Shown here piece by piece: positions 24,531-33,288 of a stretch of 39,253 bases of DNA. The notes under the pieces were generated by a model. That model had not been told where the DNA came from. It made no database searches and worked only from the letters and a program-made list of their open reading frames with translations. Origin of the DNA: a virus (lineage: Duplodnaviria > Caudoviricetes); the IMG/VR virus record IMGVR_UViG_3300017754_001141, positions 1-39,253 of that record; one strand, given 5' to 3'. The position numbers were made by a program, and so were the translations under genes. Every line of letters starts with the position of its first letter. Within the stretch, counting starts at the first letter, position 1.

Positions 24531-24802
24531 TTTTCCTTTTTTTCTAAATCTTTTAACAGCTTTTCAATTCGGGCTTCCGTGCGCTCCGTTTTCTTGTTCA
24601 GCGCAAGCGAATCAAAGTACAGCATTGCCATCAAAGGCATAGCCAAACAAACAAAAAGCATAAGCAAAATAGCCACGACTACATATCCCGATTCTGATAA
24701 ATGAGGTACATCAGCGCCCAGATTTCTAGAATTACCAATAACACCGCCCCAAAGATCAGTGCGTTGTTTTGTAATCTGTCGATCATTTGCTGGCGTTGCC
24801 AT
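24527..24802 (-). CDS. Single-TM coiled-coil protein in the lysis region
   Basis: YVVVAILLMLFVCLAMPLMAMLY TM; 5' part overlaps the upstream gene. Confidence 0.6.
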   Translation of the reverse strand: MATPANDRQITKQRTDLWGGVIGNSRNLGADVPHLSESGYVVVAILLMLFVCLAMPLMAMLYFDSLALNKKTERTEARIEKLLKDLEKKEK

Positions 24803-25206
24803 TTCTTTTTCCGTTCTGCTATTGCCTCTTGTTTAATTTCCTCGTCATGCTTTTTTGCAAGCCGTTTAAATTCTTCTTCGTACCTTGACCATACCGCGCC
24901 CAATGCTGGGTCTGTGTGATAGATCAGGAACTCACGCAATTCAACCGCCTGTCGCTCAAGTTCAATTTGGTTGAACACATTCTCAAGAGCTTGAGCCTTG
25001 AGTGATTTTTCTTTTGGTGGGTTTAATTCGTTGCGCTTGTTTTCTTTTTTTACTTCTTCGTGCGCTTCAAAAAATTGCCCAATGAAACCCGAAATCTCTT
25101 TGGTTATCTTGTAAAGATCAGACCCAGTGGCTTTGGCATCCTTGTACAGAGCGATGCCTTGCTTGATGCCCGATATTGCGGCAAGAGCCAAAGTGATCGG
25201 CTCGAT
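24679..25206 (-). CDS. Membrane-anchored coiled-coil protein
   Basis: (I)EPITLALAAISGIKQGI N-terminus and C-terminal TM; start is ATC 25206 or TTG 25191. Confidence 0.7.
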   Translation of the reverse strand: MEPITLALAAISGIKQGIALYKDAKATGSDLYKITKEISGFIGQFFEAHEEVKKENKRNELNPPKEKSLKAQALENVFNQIELERQAVELREFLIYHTDPALGAVWSRYEEEFKRLAKKHDEEIKQEAIAERKKKWQRQQMIDRLQNNALIFGAVLLVILEIWALMYLIYQNRDM

Positions 25207-25207
25207 G

Positions 25208-25423
25208 TCATAGCCCCAACAGGCGCTTTACAAAATCGGCGGCAACACCCGGCCCGAATAACACGCACACAATGACCGCATACAACAAGTATTCGATCTT
25301 GGTCATGCGCTTGTCGCCATCATCAAACCGACCTTGAATGCCCTCATAGCGTTGAGCACAGACGGCCTCATGAACGCTCAGGCGTTTGTCGGTCTCGGTA
25401 GCAAGCTCGTGTGTTGCCTCCAT
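25208..25423 (-). CDS. Small coiled-coil plus TM protein (XhlA-like architecture)
   Basis: LSVHEAVCAQRY...RMTKIEYLLYAVIVCVLF. Confidence 0.75.
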   Translation of the reverse strand: MEATHELATETDKRLSVHEAVCAQRYEGIQGRFDDGDKRMTKIEYLLYAVIVCVLFGPGVAADFVKRLLGL

Positions 25424-25426
25424 GCT

Positions 25427-25597
25427 TTACTCCACGTCTGGCACTGCTTCAAATTGAGCAGGCTGTTCGGCAGACAAAGAGTTTTTGTACTCATCCTGAA
25501 TCTTTTGAACCAACTGAAAAACTTCTTCATAAGGTCTTTTGCCAAGATACCCAAGAATCATGTTTGCAAGCTCAAGGCTGATTGTGACGTTGTTCAT
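25427..25597 (-). CDS. Small hypothetical protein (56 aa)
   Basis: Manual ORF MNNVTISLELANMILGYLGKRPYEEVFQLVQKIQ with GGAG RBS; L..RPY.EV motif common after tail fibres. Confidence 0.75.
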   Translation of the reverse strand: MNNVTISLELANMILGYLGKRPYEEVFQLVQKIQDEYKNSLSAEQPAQFEAVPDVE

Positions 25598-25625
25598 TTT
25601 TTACTCCGTTGTTGTTAAAAAATCT

Positions 25626-26069
25626 TTACACAGGCTCGGTAGGCCAGACCACGGACTCCACTCTTGGGTCAATGTTTTGAGTAGTGATGTCTCTGAGTGC
25701 TTGCCTGTAAGCCGCCCATTCCGTTTTGTTTGAGATGTTGACATCTGGCAATTGAGTCCAATCGCATCTTGCTAATTTTTCGTTTCTAGCCGCCTGTATA
25801 TTTGTCCAAGCGGAATACTTCCATGCGGCAATTTCTTCGTTCGTAAGCGCCACAGCATGAGATATATGAACCCATTCTCCCTCTTCATAGGGGTCACACG
25901 CTTCAAGTTTTTCTGTCAAAAAATCATAATCTCTTGTCATGCTTACTTGTTTTGCGTTGTTTGCCGCAAGAAAGTCGGCAGTCACCTTGCCGTCTGGGAA
26001 TGAAGTATCTGGAAATAAATCAGAAACAGAGCCAACAACAATTGGGTTTGCTAGTATTGCAATTTTCAT
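25626..26069 (-). CDS. Tail fibre assembly chaperone
   Basis: RNEKLARCDWTQLPD...WAAYRQALRDIT...WP. Confidence 0.85.
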   Translation of the reverse strand: MKIAILANPIVVGSVSDLFPDTSFPDGKVTADFLAANNAKQVSMTRDYDFLTEKLEACDPYEEGEWVHISHAVALTNEEIAAWKYSAWTNIQAARNEKLARCDWTQLPDVNISNKTEWAAYRQALRDITTQNIDPRVESVVWPTEPV

Positions 26070-26084
26070 TTGTGCCTTTCAGTT

Positions 26085-28238
26085 TTATGTATTTGCAAAC
26101 GCTGTATTTGGAACCGTAAAATCACTTGTGTACACAGCATATTTAGAAACACGGAACTCATCTATGTAACCAGTCCACGTCAAACTGGTTCCATATGTAC
26201 CAACTGCCAAATAAGAAAGCGGATAGTTGTAGCTATCAGTAACTGTTAAAGCAGTATCAGCGACACCGTTGATATAGACTTTTAAGTTACTTGCACCTGT
26301 GCCGTTTCTAACTACAGCAAAGTGAGTCCACGCACCAGTTGTGACCTTGCCTGCGGTTCCTGTTGCCACGCTTGCCGCGCCATAATAAAGACGCAAGTTA
26401 GTGACTGTGTAATACGCTAAAGCCAAACCTGTCTGTCCAGCACCGTTACCTGCGGAAGTAAAAGCAATTTGAAAGATGCCAGAGTTAGAGGTTCCTGAAT
26501 TTGCATAAAACCAACCTTCAACGGTAAAGTTTCCAGTCCCAAAAGTCACGGAAGAATTACCAATTAAGCTTTGTGAAGGAAGAAACGCAGACGCTGTGCT
26601 TAAAGAAGCCGTGCCGTATTTAACTTGAGTTGTAGAAACTGTTGGAGCCGAGCTACCGTTAAAAAATGTTTGATTCATACTGTAATCAATCATCGGCGCA
26701 TTGGTGCTTGCGTTTACAAGCATTCCTGTCCCTGATACGGCTGTAAATGGAGCTGTTGGGACTGTGTAAGTGGTTAAAGTAGCGTCGTATAAAGAAGTGC
26801 CTTTGACTATTCGTGCGCCTGCTACCAACCCAGAAATAGAACCGTCAGGGCCAGAAATCTGTGCTCCGGGAGAGGCTGTATTTACAGGAACAGTGACGGT
26901 ACTTGTTCCAATTCTCTTGCCATTCCAAAAAAATGATGTAGTTGTCCCAGTTCTTGTCAAAGCAAAATGTGACCATGTTCCAATTAACGCCACATCTTTT
27001 GCGGCTGTTGTTTGTGTAAAGTAGTCTGTATTCGCCGCATAAACGTTCATACAAAAGGTGGTTGGGTGGATATATATATCTATACGAGCTGATGATCCCC
27101 CGGTATTAAAGTCAAGATAGTCTTGCCTTACGCTGGTTGCCATTGAATAGCACCAAAATTCTATTGTGAAATCACCCGTTGATCCAAGAGCTAACGCGCT
27201 ACTGGTGCTTGTATTTAGAGTATTGGTTGCGGTTCTGGCGTTTCCATAACTACCGCCAAAGGCTGATGCAGACCATTCCGCTACAGTCGTAGGGGCGTTA
27301 ATGGTAGCGTTTGGTATAGGGCTTTGAGCAACAAACCAAGGATATTGACTTGTATTAGCTCCTGTATTACCTCTAAACATTGATAAAGCGTTTGCGCTTA
27401 AATCTACAAAATACGGTCGAACAAATGTGAGTAAACTTGTTTGTGATCCTGTAATAGCCGCAGTGTTTGAGCCGCCATACGGGTTTGCCGATTGCGTGGC
27501 GTTCAGTACGCTGGTTGGAACTGTGAAAGTTCCAGTATAAACAGCGACACCTTTTACAACACGCAACTGACTAAGCAGTCCATCAGTGTAAAAACTTGGC
27601 GTGGGCCCCTGACCGCAAAGATATACATAGCCAGTTGTACATGTAAAACTTGTTGCACTTGTCCCCGTCGCGCTTGATGCTCCGTTAACGTAAATAGTGC
27701 ATTGATTAGTGCCTGTTCCGCTTCTGACAATAGCTACATGCGACCATGTATTTAAAGAAAGTGCCGCGCTGGTAGCGATAACTGTCCCAAGACCTGTTCC
27801 ACCATTTAGAGTAATTTGATTTGACGTGGTCAATCGAACACCAAGTCTTCCAGCAGAGCCGCCATCGTGTATATCAAAAATACATTTAACAGCCCCAGTT
27901 GAGTACGGTTGCACCCAGAATTCAATGGTGAAATTGCCTGTGCCCATTGCAAGCGCAGTATTAAAAGGGATTGTAAATATTGGCGATGTGGAGCTTCGGC
28001 AATCTACAGAGTACGCGCTTTTAAATGGCCCAAATGTGCCCTGCATAAATGGAGTTACGCCTGTGGTGGCTGATCCAGACAAAGCCAAAGGTGTAGTTGA
28101 TGTGTCTGTGAGAGGATAATTTAATTGTCCGTTCGTGCCGTCTGCATGTAATAGTGCAACCACAGTATTGAACGGTGGATTAACGGTCGTACTTGCCGCT
28201 CCTGAGCCTTTACTAGCTTTAATAGCACCACTAAACAT
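26085..28238 (-). CDS. Receptor-binding/tail protein with three LamG (ConA-like) domains
   Basis: Three G(N/D)FT(I/V)E.W ... W(S/T)H(V/F)A..R units; ends GYIDEFRVS..A.YT..F..P. Confidence 0.85.
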   Translation of the reverse strand: MFSGAIKASKGSGAASTTVNPPFNTVVALLHADGTNGQLNYPLTDTSTTPLALSGSATTGVTPFMQGTFGPFKSAYSVDCRSSTSPIFTIPFNTALAMGTGNFTIEFWVQPYSTGAVKCIFDIHDGGSAGRLGVRLTTSNQITLNGGTGLGTVIATSAALSLNTWSHVAIVRSGTGTNQCTIYVNGASSATGTSATSFTCTTGYVYLCGQGPTPSFYTDGLLSQLRVVKGVAVYTGTFTVPTSVLNATQSANPYGGSNTAAITGSQTSLLTFVRPYFVDLSANALSMFRGNTGANTSQYPWFVAQSPIPNATINAPTTVAEWSASAFGGSYGNARTATNTLNTSTSSALALGSTGDFTIEFWCYSMATSVRQDYLDFNTGGSSARIDIYIHPTTFCMNVYAANTDYFTQTTAAKDVALIGTWSHFALTRTGTTTSFFWNGKRIGTSTVTVPVNTASPGAQISGPDGSISGLVAGARIVKGTSLYDATLTTYTVPTAPFTAVSGTGMLVNASTNAPMIDYSMNQTFFNGSSAPTVSTTQVKYGTASLSTASAFLPSQSLIGNSSVTFGTGNFTVEGWFYANSGTSNSGIFQIAFTSAGNGAGQTGLALAYYTVTNLRLYYGAASVATGTAGKVTTGAWTHFAVVRNGTGASNLKVYINGVADTALTVTDSYNYPLSYLAVGTYGTSLTWTGYIDEFRVSKYAVYTSDFTVPNTAFANT

Positions 28239-28250
28239 GCATTACCCCCT

Positions 28251-31220
28251 TTAATATGTGTAATTCTGACTTGCGGTTACACCATACCATCTAGAACCAT
28301 CTGAAAAGAAACTAAAAATATCTTGTTTAGATGCGGTTGATGTAATTGTAGGAGTAGTGCCGCCTGCCCACGTGACTGTACTCCATGTCACAGTACGACT
28401 ACCTGTTGCGTCTTGCCTCAAAAGCACAATAAAAGATTTTCCACTTACAGTTGCAGGCATTGTGATTGTTGCATTGCCAGTCAAAGTAATGATCTGAAAT
28501 GTTCCGTTTGTCAAATCTAAAGTTATAGCCGTGCTTGAGTTTGCAGAAAACGGTGTCTCCACATAGTTTGTGACCGTTGGATTAGTCAGCGTTTTGTTTG
28601 TGAATGTCTCAGTGCCAGCCAAGGTAGCCAAAGTACCCGTTGCGGTCGGTAAAGTTATTGTTCCTGTGTTGGTAATGGTGCTGATCACAGGACTTGTCAA
28701 AGTCTTGTTTGTCAGCGTTTCAGTGCCAGTCAGTGTGGCTAAGGTTCCTGATGTTGGCAGGGTAACCGAGGTGGTTGCAGTTACAGCCAAGGTGGTTGTA
28801 AACGCGCCAGAGAACGTTACTGATCCACCAAGCGTGATGGTGCTTGAACCGTTGTTGATGCCAGTACCACCATTTGCTGGAGCCACCACACCAGTGACGC
28901 TCACGCTGGCCCAGCCCGGATTCGCACCCGCGCCGCCAGTTGCCAGCACTAGCCCGGCGGTTGCTCCCGGCGAAAGCGCGACCCAACTGGTTGCGTTTCG
29001 ATAAAGAATTGACCCTTGAGTGGATGCAGATAGCGCGTTGTCAATCAATGAGGTAAGGCTTTGCCATGAAGGCGCTGAAGCGCCAGAATTGACTGCATTG
29101 ACCTGATATGCAGTACCAATCGCAAGCGATGTTGTTGTGCCTGTTCCGTTTTGGTAGAGCAACGATCCAGCCGCGCCACCCGCAACGTTTGTTGCCGTGC
29201 CTGCGGTCGCCGCATTCAAGTTTGCGACTTGAGTTGTGCTTGCCACGGTGAACGGGGCGGTTCCACTCGAAACGGTTGATGTGATGACACCAGATGCCGA
29301 AACCGTGCTGAATGACACCGCGCCACCCAACAACGCAACAGCGCCAGTGGAGCCTGAATTGACCGCCAATGCGGTCGCTACGCCAGTACCTAAGCCAGTG
29401 ATCGAGCCAACCGCTGGGGTCACTGTGGTGTTGCTTGCCGCAGTCAATTGACCTTGAGCGTTTACAGTGAATGTGCCGACTTGGGTTGCGGAGCCATAAG
29501 AGCCAGCAGAAACGGCTGTGTTGCTAATGGAAAACTGGTTTGTCGAAAGAGTTAAGCCTGTGCCTGCGGTGTAAGTTACGCTACCCCCTCCAAATTGGGT
29601 AAACGCTAGTGCGGTGGTTCCAACCGTAATAGGCGCTGGTGTTTGCTGTACCCATTGCGTATTTGCGTTTGACGTTCCTGAAATAACCAAGAACAAATCG
29701 CCTTCAGCAATTTCATTTTGTCCAGTGCCAACGGTGTCAAAGTCTGTTGCACGAGTCAGGATATAGGGCAAAGAGCCTGTGCCAGCTTGCGTCAGTGTGT
29801 ACACGCCATTGTTTGCGCCAGCGGCCTCGTTCTTTACAAGGATGCGCTTGCCAACGTCGCCAGATACAAATGTGTATCCGTCAACAGTCAGCGTACCGTT
29901 AGAGCTTGCAGTAAGGGTTGCGCCTACGCCGCTTGACCCGTTGTTGTATGTATTGGCTGGAGACAAGGCCGCTGTTGTTGCGTAATTACAAGCGGCGTGA
30001 AAGTTGATGCCGTTGGCGATGCTGTCGGCGTAAGCTTTATTGACAATGTCCGTACTGCTGGTTGGCGTTGCGGTTATCGTGCCCGTCGTCAATGCAACGG
30101 TCGTCAAAGCGGCGGGAGGGGCCCAAGTAGGAACACCTCCAACAATGGTCAATATTTGAGTGTTGCTACCTATGCCGATTTTGGCAAATGTACTTGCCGT
30201 GTTGGCGTACAAAATATCGCCAGCGGTATAGGATGTGTAGCCAGTTCCGCCACCTGCGGCGGCTAAAGTGCCGCCCAAAACAATTGCGCCTGTGCTTGTG
30301 GAGGTTGGCGTGAGGCCAGAAAGTGTTGTTGAAAATGATGCAACGCCAATACTCGCGCCCGGCTCCCAAGACGGCACACCAGAAGTCAAGGTTAGAACAT
30401 AGCCGTTTGTACTAGCGGCAAGCTTTGACAATGTGTTGGTGTTTGATGCATAAATCAAATCACCTGTGGTGTATGTTGAGAACCCAGTTCCACCAGAAAT
30501 AGCGCCCAAGGTTCCACCAAGAGTGACGGCTCCACTGCCAGCAAACGCTGGTGTCAACCCATTCAGTGTTGTGACAAATGTTGTGACTGGTTGTGCGCCC
30601 CACGATGGAAGGCCACCAGCAATGGTCAATATCTGATTATTTGATCCAATGGTGAGCTTCTGCAATGTTCCAGCAGAGATTCCATAAAGCAAATCTCCAG
30701 CGGCATACGAAGAAAATCCAGTGCCGCCATTTGCTGAGATCAATGTTCCAGAAAGAGTAACTGCGCCAGTTGTTGCTGTGCTTGGAGTAAATCCAGTTGT
30801 TCCTGCACTGAATGAAGCAACGCCAGACGCAACAGCAGACACCCATGATGGGTTTGCGCCAGAGCCGCCAGTGACAAGGTACTGACCACTGGTTCCGGGA
30901 GACAAGGGAACCCATCCGCTTGCGTTTCGGTACAAAAGCATACCCTGAGTGCTGGCAGATAAGCTTGCATCAATCAGCGAAGACAAGCCTTGGTAAGTTG
31001 CCGCAGTACCCGCCCCGTTCACCGCATTGATCTGGTATGGCGACCCAAGGGCAAGCCTTGTGGTTAAGGTTTGAACCGCGCCAGTCGCGTCTTTGTAAAA
31101 CAGCTTGCCGTCTTGAATATTGATCGCCAACTCACCATTAACCAAATTAGAGGCAGATGGTTGCGCGGACGCTGTGGCGCTGTAATAAAGCGAAATTGGG
31201 GTAAAGCCTGCCTGTGCCAT
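28251..31220 (-). CDS. Tail fibre protein (989 aa)
   Basis: L..GELAIN..DGKLFYK N-terminus; GGTG...Y..GD.LY x3, TLTNKTL repeats, VNKAYAD; C-terminal QDATGSRTVTW domain. Confidence 0.85.
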   Translation of the reverse strand: MAQAGFTPISLYYSATASAQPSASNLVNGELAINIQDGKLFYKDATGAVQTLTTRLALGSPYQINAVNGAGTAATYQGLSSLIDASLSASTQGMLLYRNASGWVPLSPGTSGQYLVTGGSGANPSWVSAVASGVASFSAGTTGFTPSTATTGAVTLSGTLISANGGTGFSSYAAGDLLYGISAGTLQKLTIGSNNQILTIAGGLPSWGAQPVTTFVTTLNGLTPAFAGSGAVTLGGTLGAISGGTGFSTYTTGDLIYASNTNTLSKLAASTNGYVLTLTSGVPSWEPGASIGVASFSTTLSGLTPTSTSTGAIVLGGTLAAAGGGTGYTSYTAGDILYANTASTFAKIGIGSNTQILTIVGGVPTWAPPAALTTVALTTGTITATPTSSTDIVNKAYADSIANGINFHAACNYATTAALSPANTYNNGSSGVGATLTASSNGTLTVDGYTFVSGDVGKRILVKNEAAGANNGVYTLTQAGTGSLPYILTRATDFDTVGTGQNEIAEGDLFLVISGTSNANTQWVQQTPAPITVGTTALAFTQFGGGSVTYTAGTGLTLSTNQFSISNTAVSAGSYGSATQVGTFTVNAQGQLTAASNTTVTPAVGSITGLGTGVATALAVNSGSTGAVALLGGAVSFSTVSASGVITSTVSSGTAPFTVASTTQVANLNAATAGTATNVAGGAAGSLLYQNGTGTTTSLAIGTAYQVNAVNSGASAPSWQSLTSLIDNALSASTQGSILYRNATSWVALSPGATAGLVLATGGAGANPGWASVSVTGVVAPANGGTGINNGSSTITLGGSVTFSGAFTTTLAVTATTSVTLPTSGTLATLTGTETLTNKTLTSPVISTITNTGTITLPTATGTLATLAGTETFTNKTLTNPTVTNYVETPFSANSSTAITLDLTNGTFQIITLTGNATITMPATVSGKSFIVLLRQDATGSRTVTWSTVTWAGGTTPTITSTASKQDIFSFFSDGSRWYGVTASQNYTY

Positions 31221-31229
31221 TTTTTTCCT

Positions 31230-31505
31230 TTAGTTGGGGCCGTACTTGCCGCGATACTCAGGTGACTGATCATCAACTCCTTGCAAAGACGCATCTGGTC
31301 TTGGGAATTTTAAGGTGATCTTTTCTGTTTTTCTAGCAGGCAAACGATACGGGTCTTTCTCATCTGCGCACCCCTGCCGACAGACCGAGAGTCCGGGGAA
31401 GTTGGGGTCGGGTTGCGCCTCATCAATCGCTCTTTTCATCTTGCATCTGTCGCAAATGAAAATTGCAAGACTTGCATTTCCGTCTGTGTTTAAGAATCTT
31501 GGCAT
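31230..31505 (-). CDS. Small Cys-rich virion/head-completion protein
   Basis: ICDRC...VC..C.D..DP...PRPD. Confidence 0.72.
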   Translation of the reverse strand: MPRFLNTDGNASLAIFICDRCKMKRAIDEAQPDPNFPGLSVCRQGCADEKDPYRLPARKTEKITLKFPRPDASLQGVDDQSPEYRGKYGPN

Positions 31506-31507
31506 GA

Positions 31508-32581
31508 TTACCTCGTGTACACGCCAATGTTTGGCGCAAGGTAAATCGGTGACTTGTCTCGTTCTTCTTGCTCTGCCATGTGAAAGTATTTTTCAGCTTG
31601 GCCTTCAAGGTAGGTGATGCGGCCTGCGTCCACGCCGGGCAGTATCTGCGCCATTTGGTGGGCCAACATGTTTTGGATCGCCATCAACCAACGATCTGGG
31701 ATCGCCAATTGACCGCTCAACGCACCGACATCCTCAATCTGAGCCGAGTACCACACCACCATCTGAACAAACGGGTCTGAAGGGGTGGGCCACAGCGTGA
31801 TGGTTGCCTGCGGGATTGTGCGATTCAACCAAAATTGGTATGGGTTGTTGGCGAGGAAGTTTTTGTTTGGTAGGTTGGTGTAATCGTCACGATTCAGACG
31901 AGCCATGGTGATCTCGGTACTGTTCTCGCCAAAGAAAAGCTCACGCAACGCCAAGGTTGTGGTTCCAGTGGCTCGCATGCGGTAATACTGCACGTTGGAA
32001 CCGGGGTCGATGTCCTGCCAAATCCACTCTCTGTCAGTCACAGTCACCGAAGTGCCCGTGTACAACGTCTTCCAAGTAGCGCCGTCCACCGAAGACTCAA
32101 AAACATAGCTCCAAGTGGCAGTGCCACCGCCAGAAACGTAGGGCATGAAGCCAATGGAGCCAACGTAATAGGTCAACCCTGCGCCGTAATCAATGGAAAT
32201 ATTGCCTGCGGCGGTTGATTGTTGGCAGTAGGTGTCCAAATCGCCATCAAAGGCGTTTGCCGCCACGCCGCCTGCGGATGTGTTGTACGAGCCAGAGGGG
32301 CGCGTCATCGTCCTGTAGAGGGCATTTAAGACATCATTGCCACCCACTGGTAGCAAATACTCAAATTGGTCTGGCATCAGCCCTATAACGGTCTTTTTGA
32401 TGGCGAAATACTGGATACCTTGGTTGATCAGGTTGCTCAGGACGTAAAAAAGCGCACGTTTGGCAGACTGAACCTGCTCAACGGTCAATTCTTCGGCTAA
32501 TTTGCCAGATCGACGCGCACCATCATCAATCAGATTTTGGACTGTGATGGTGGTCTGACCGACCGTTCCTGAGTACGCCAT
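31508..32581 (-). CDS. Head-tail adaptor (P22 gp4-like) with inserted discoidin-like domain
   Basis: LI..A.R..G...A.R.L...N.G; RDDY.NLPNK...LWPTP; insert NAFDGD..T...S.DG.TW...YYRMR. Confidence 0.75.
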   Translation of the reverse strand: MAYSGTVGQTTITVQNLIDDGARRSGKLAEELTVEQVQSAKRALFYVLSNLINQGIQYFAIKKTVIGLMPDQFEYLLPVGGNDVLNALYRTMTRPSGSYNTSAGGVAANAFDGDLDTYCQQSTAAGNISIDYGAGLTYYVGSIGFMPYVSGGGTATWSYVFESSVDGATWKTLYTGTSVTVTDREWIWQDIDPGSNVQYYRMRATGTTTLALRELFFGENSTEITMARLNRDDYTNLPNKNFLANNPYQFWLNRTIPQATITLWPTPSDPFVQMVVWYSAQIEDVGALSGQLAIPDRWLMAIQNMLAHQMAQILPGVDAGRITYLEGQAEKYFHMAEQEERDKSPIYLAPNIGVYTR

Positions 32582-32590
32582 GTGTTCACC

Positions 32591-33064
32591 TTACCAGTTT
32601 GAGTTGCCTTTGCCTTTGGAGGCAGTTGAAACGCCGCAGTGCTTCAGGCTGATCTTGCCACCTTGTTTGTAGCTTGAGTTTTTTGCGGAATGAATCCTGC
32701 CACTCAATTGTTGCAACTCGCTTGAAGCGCCACGAGCCGTGCGCTCTTCATCAGATAAGTTTTGCTCACGGTCGGCATACATCCAGTTTTTACCTTTGGA
32801 AACAATCCCAGACAGCTCGGAGTGACGTTTTTCAAGGCTTGGAAGGTTGGCCTTGTCACGAGCAATTGCGTCTGCTTTGATTTTGTCGTTGCGAGCCTTG
32901 ACATCAGCCATGGACTTTTGCTTCCATGCCTCACGATCAGCCTTGGCCTGCTCAGGAGTTTTTCTGGGCGTTTTGCCGCTAAAGAAATCTTCTATTCCCT
33001 TGGTGGCCTCTTCAAGCCTTTTTTTTGTTTCTGGGCTACTTTTGTCTTTGCCGTACATGCTCAT
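32591..33064 (-). CDS. Basic helical protein with C-terminal YKQGG...NW tag
   Basis: TAAGG RBS; ends YKQGGKISLKHCGVSTASKGKGNSNW. Confidence 0.8.
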   Translation of the reverse strand: MSMYGKDKSSPETKKRLEEATKGIEDFFSGKTPRKTPEQAKADREAWKQKSMADVKARNDKIKADAIARDKANLPSLEKRHSELSGIVSKGKNWMYADREQNLSDEERTARGASSELQQLSGRIHSAKNSSYKQGGKISLKHCGVSTASKGKGNSNW

Positions 33065-33073
33065 GATGTGTCC

Positions 33074-33277
33074 TTACCAATTGGGAGAAGATTTATTCTT
33101 CTGGTGTGTTGAAACCTTGCAGTCCTTCAAATCGACCTTGCCGCCCTGTTTGTAGCCAGCATCAGCGCCAGCAGACCCGACAACTCCGCCAGAGCTTTGG
33201 GAAGAGGACACAGGAACATCTTCGGCCTCTTCAGAAGGGCCTCCAACCGCGCTTGCGCTTCCTAATGGCTCTTGCAT
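33074..33277 (-). CDS. Small acidic low-complexity protein with C-terminal YKQGG...NW tag
   Basis: AGGAG RBS; ends YKQGGKVDLKDCKVSTHQKNKSSPNW. Confidence 0.78.
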   Translation of the reverse strand: MQEPLGSASAVGGPSEEAEDVPVSSSQSSGGVVGSAGADAGYKQGGKVDLKDCKVSTHQKNKSSPNW

Positions 33278-33288
33278 GTCAACTCCTG

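Noticed and set aside
26085-28238. Diversity-generating retroelement target in the receptor-binding gene
   Set aside because: No reverse transcriptase and no template/variable repeat pair seen in the window.
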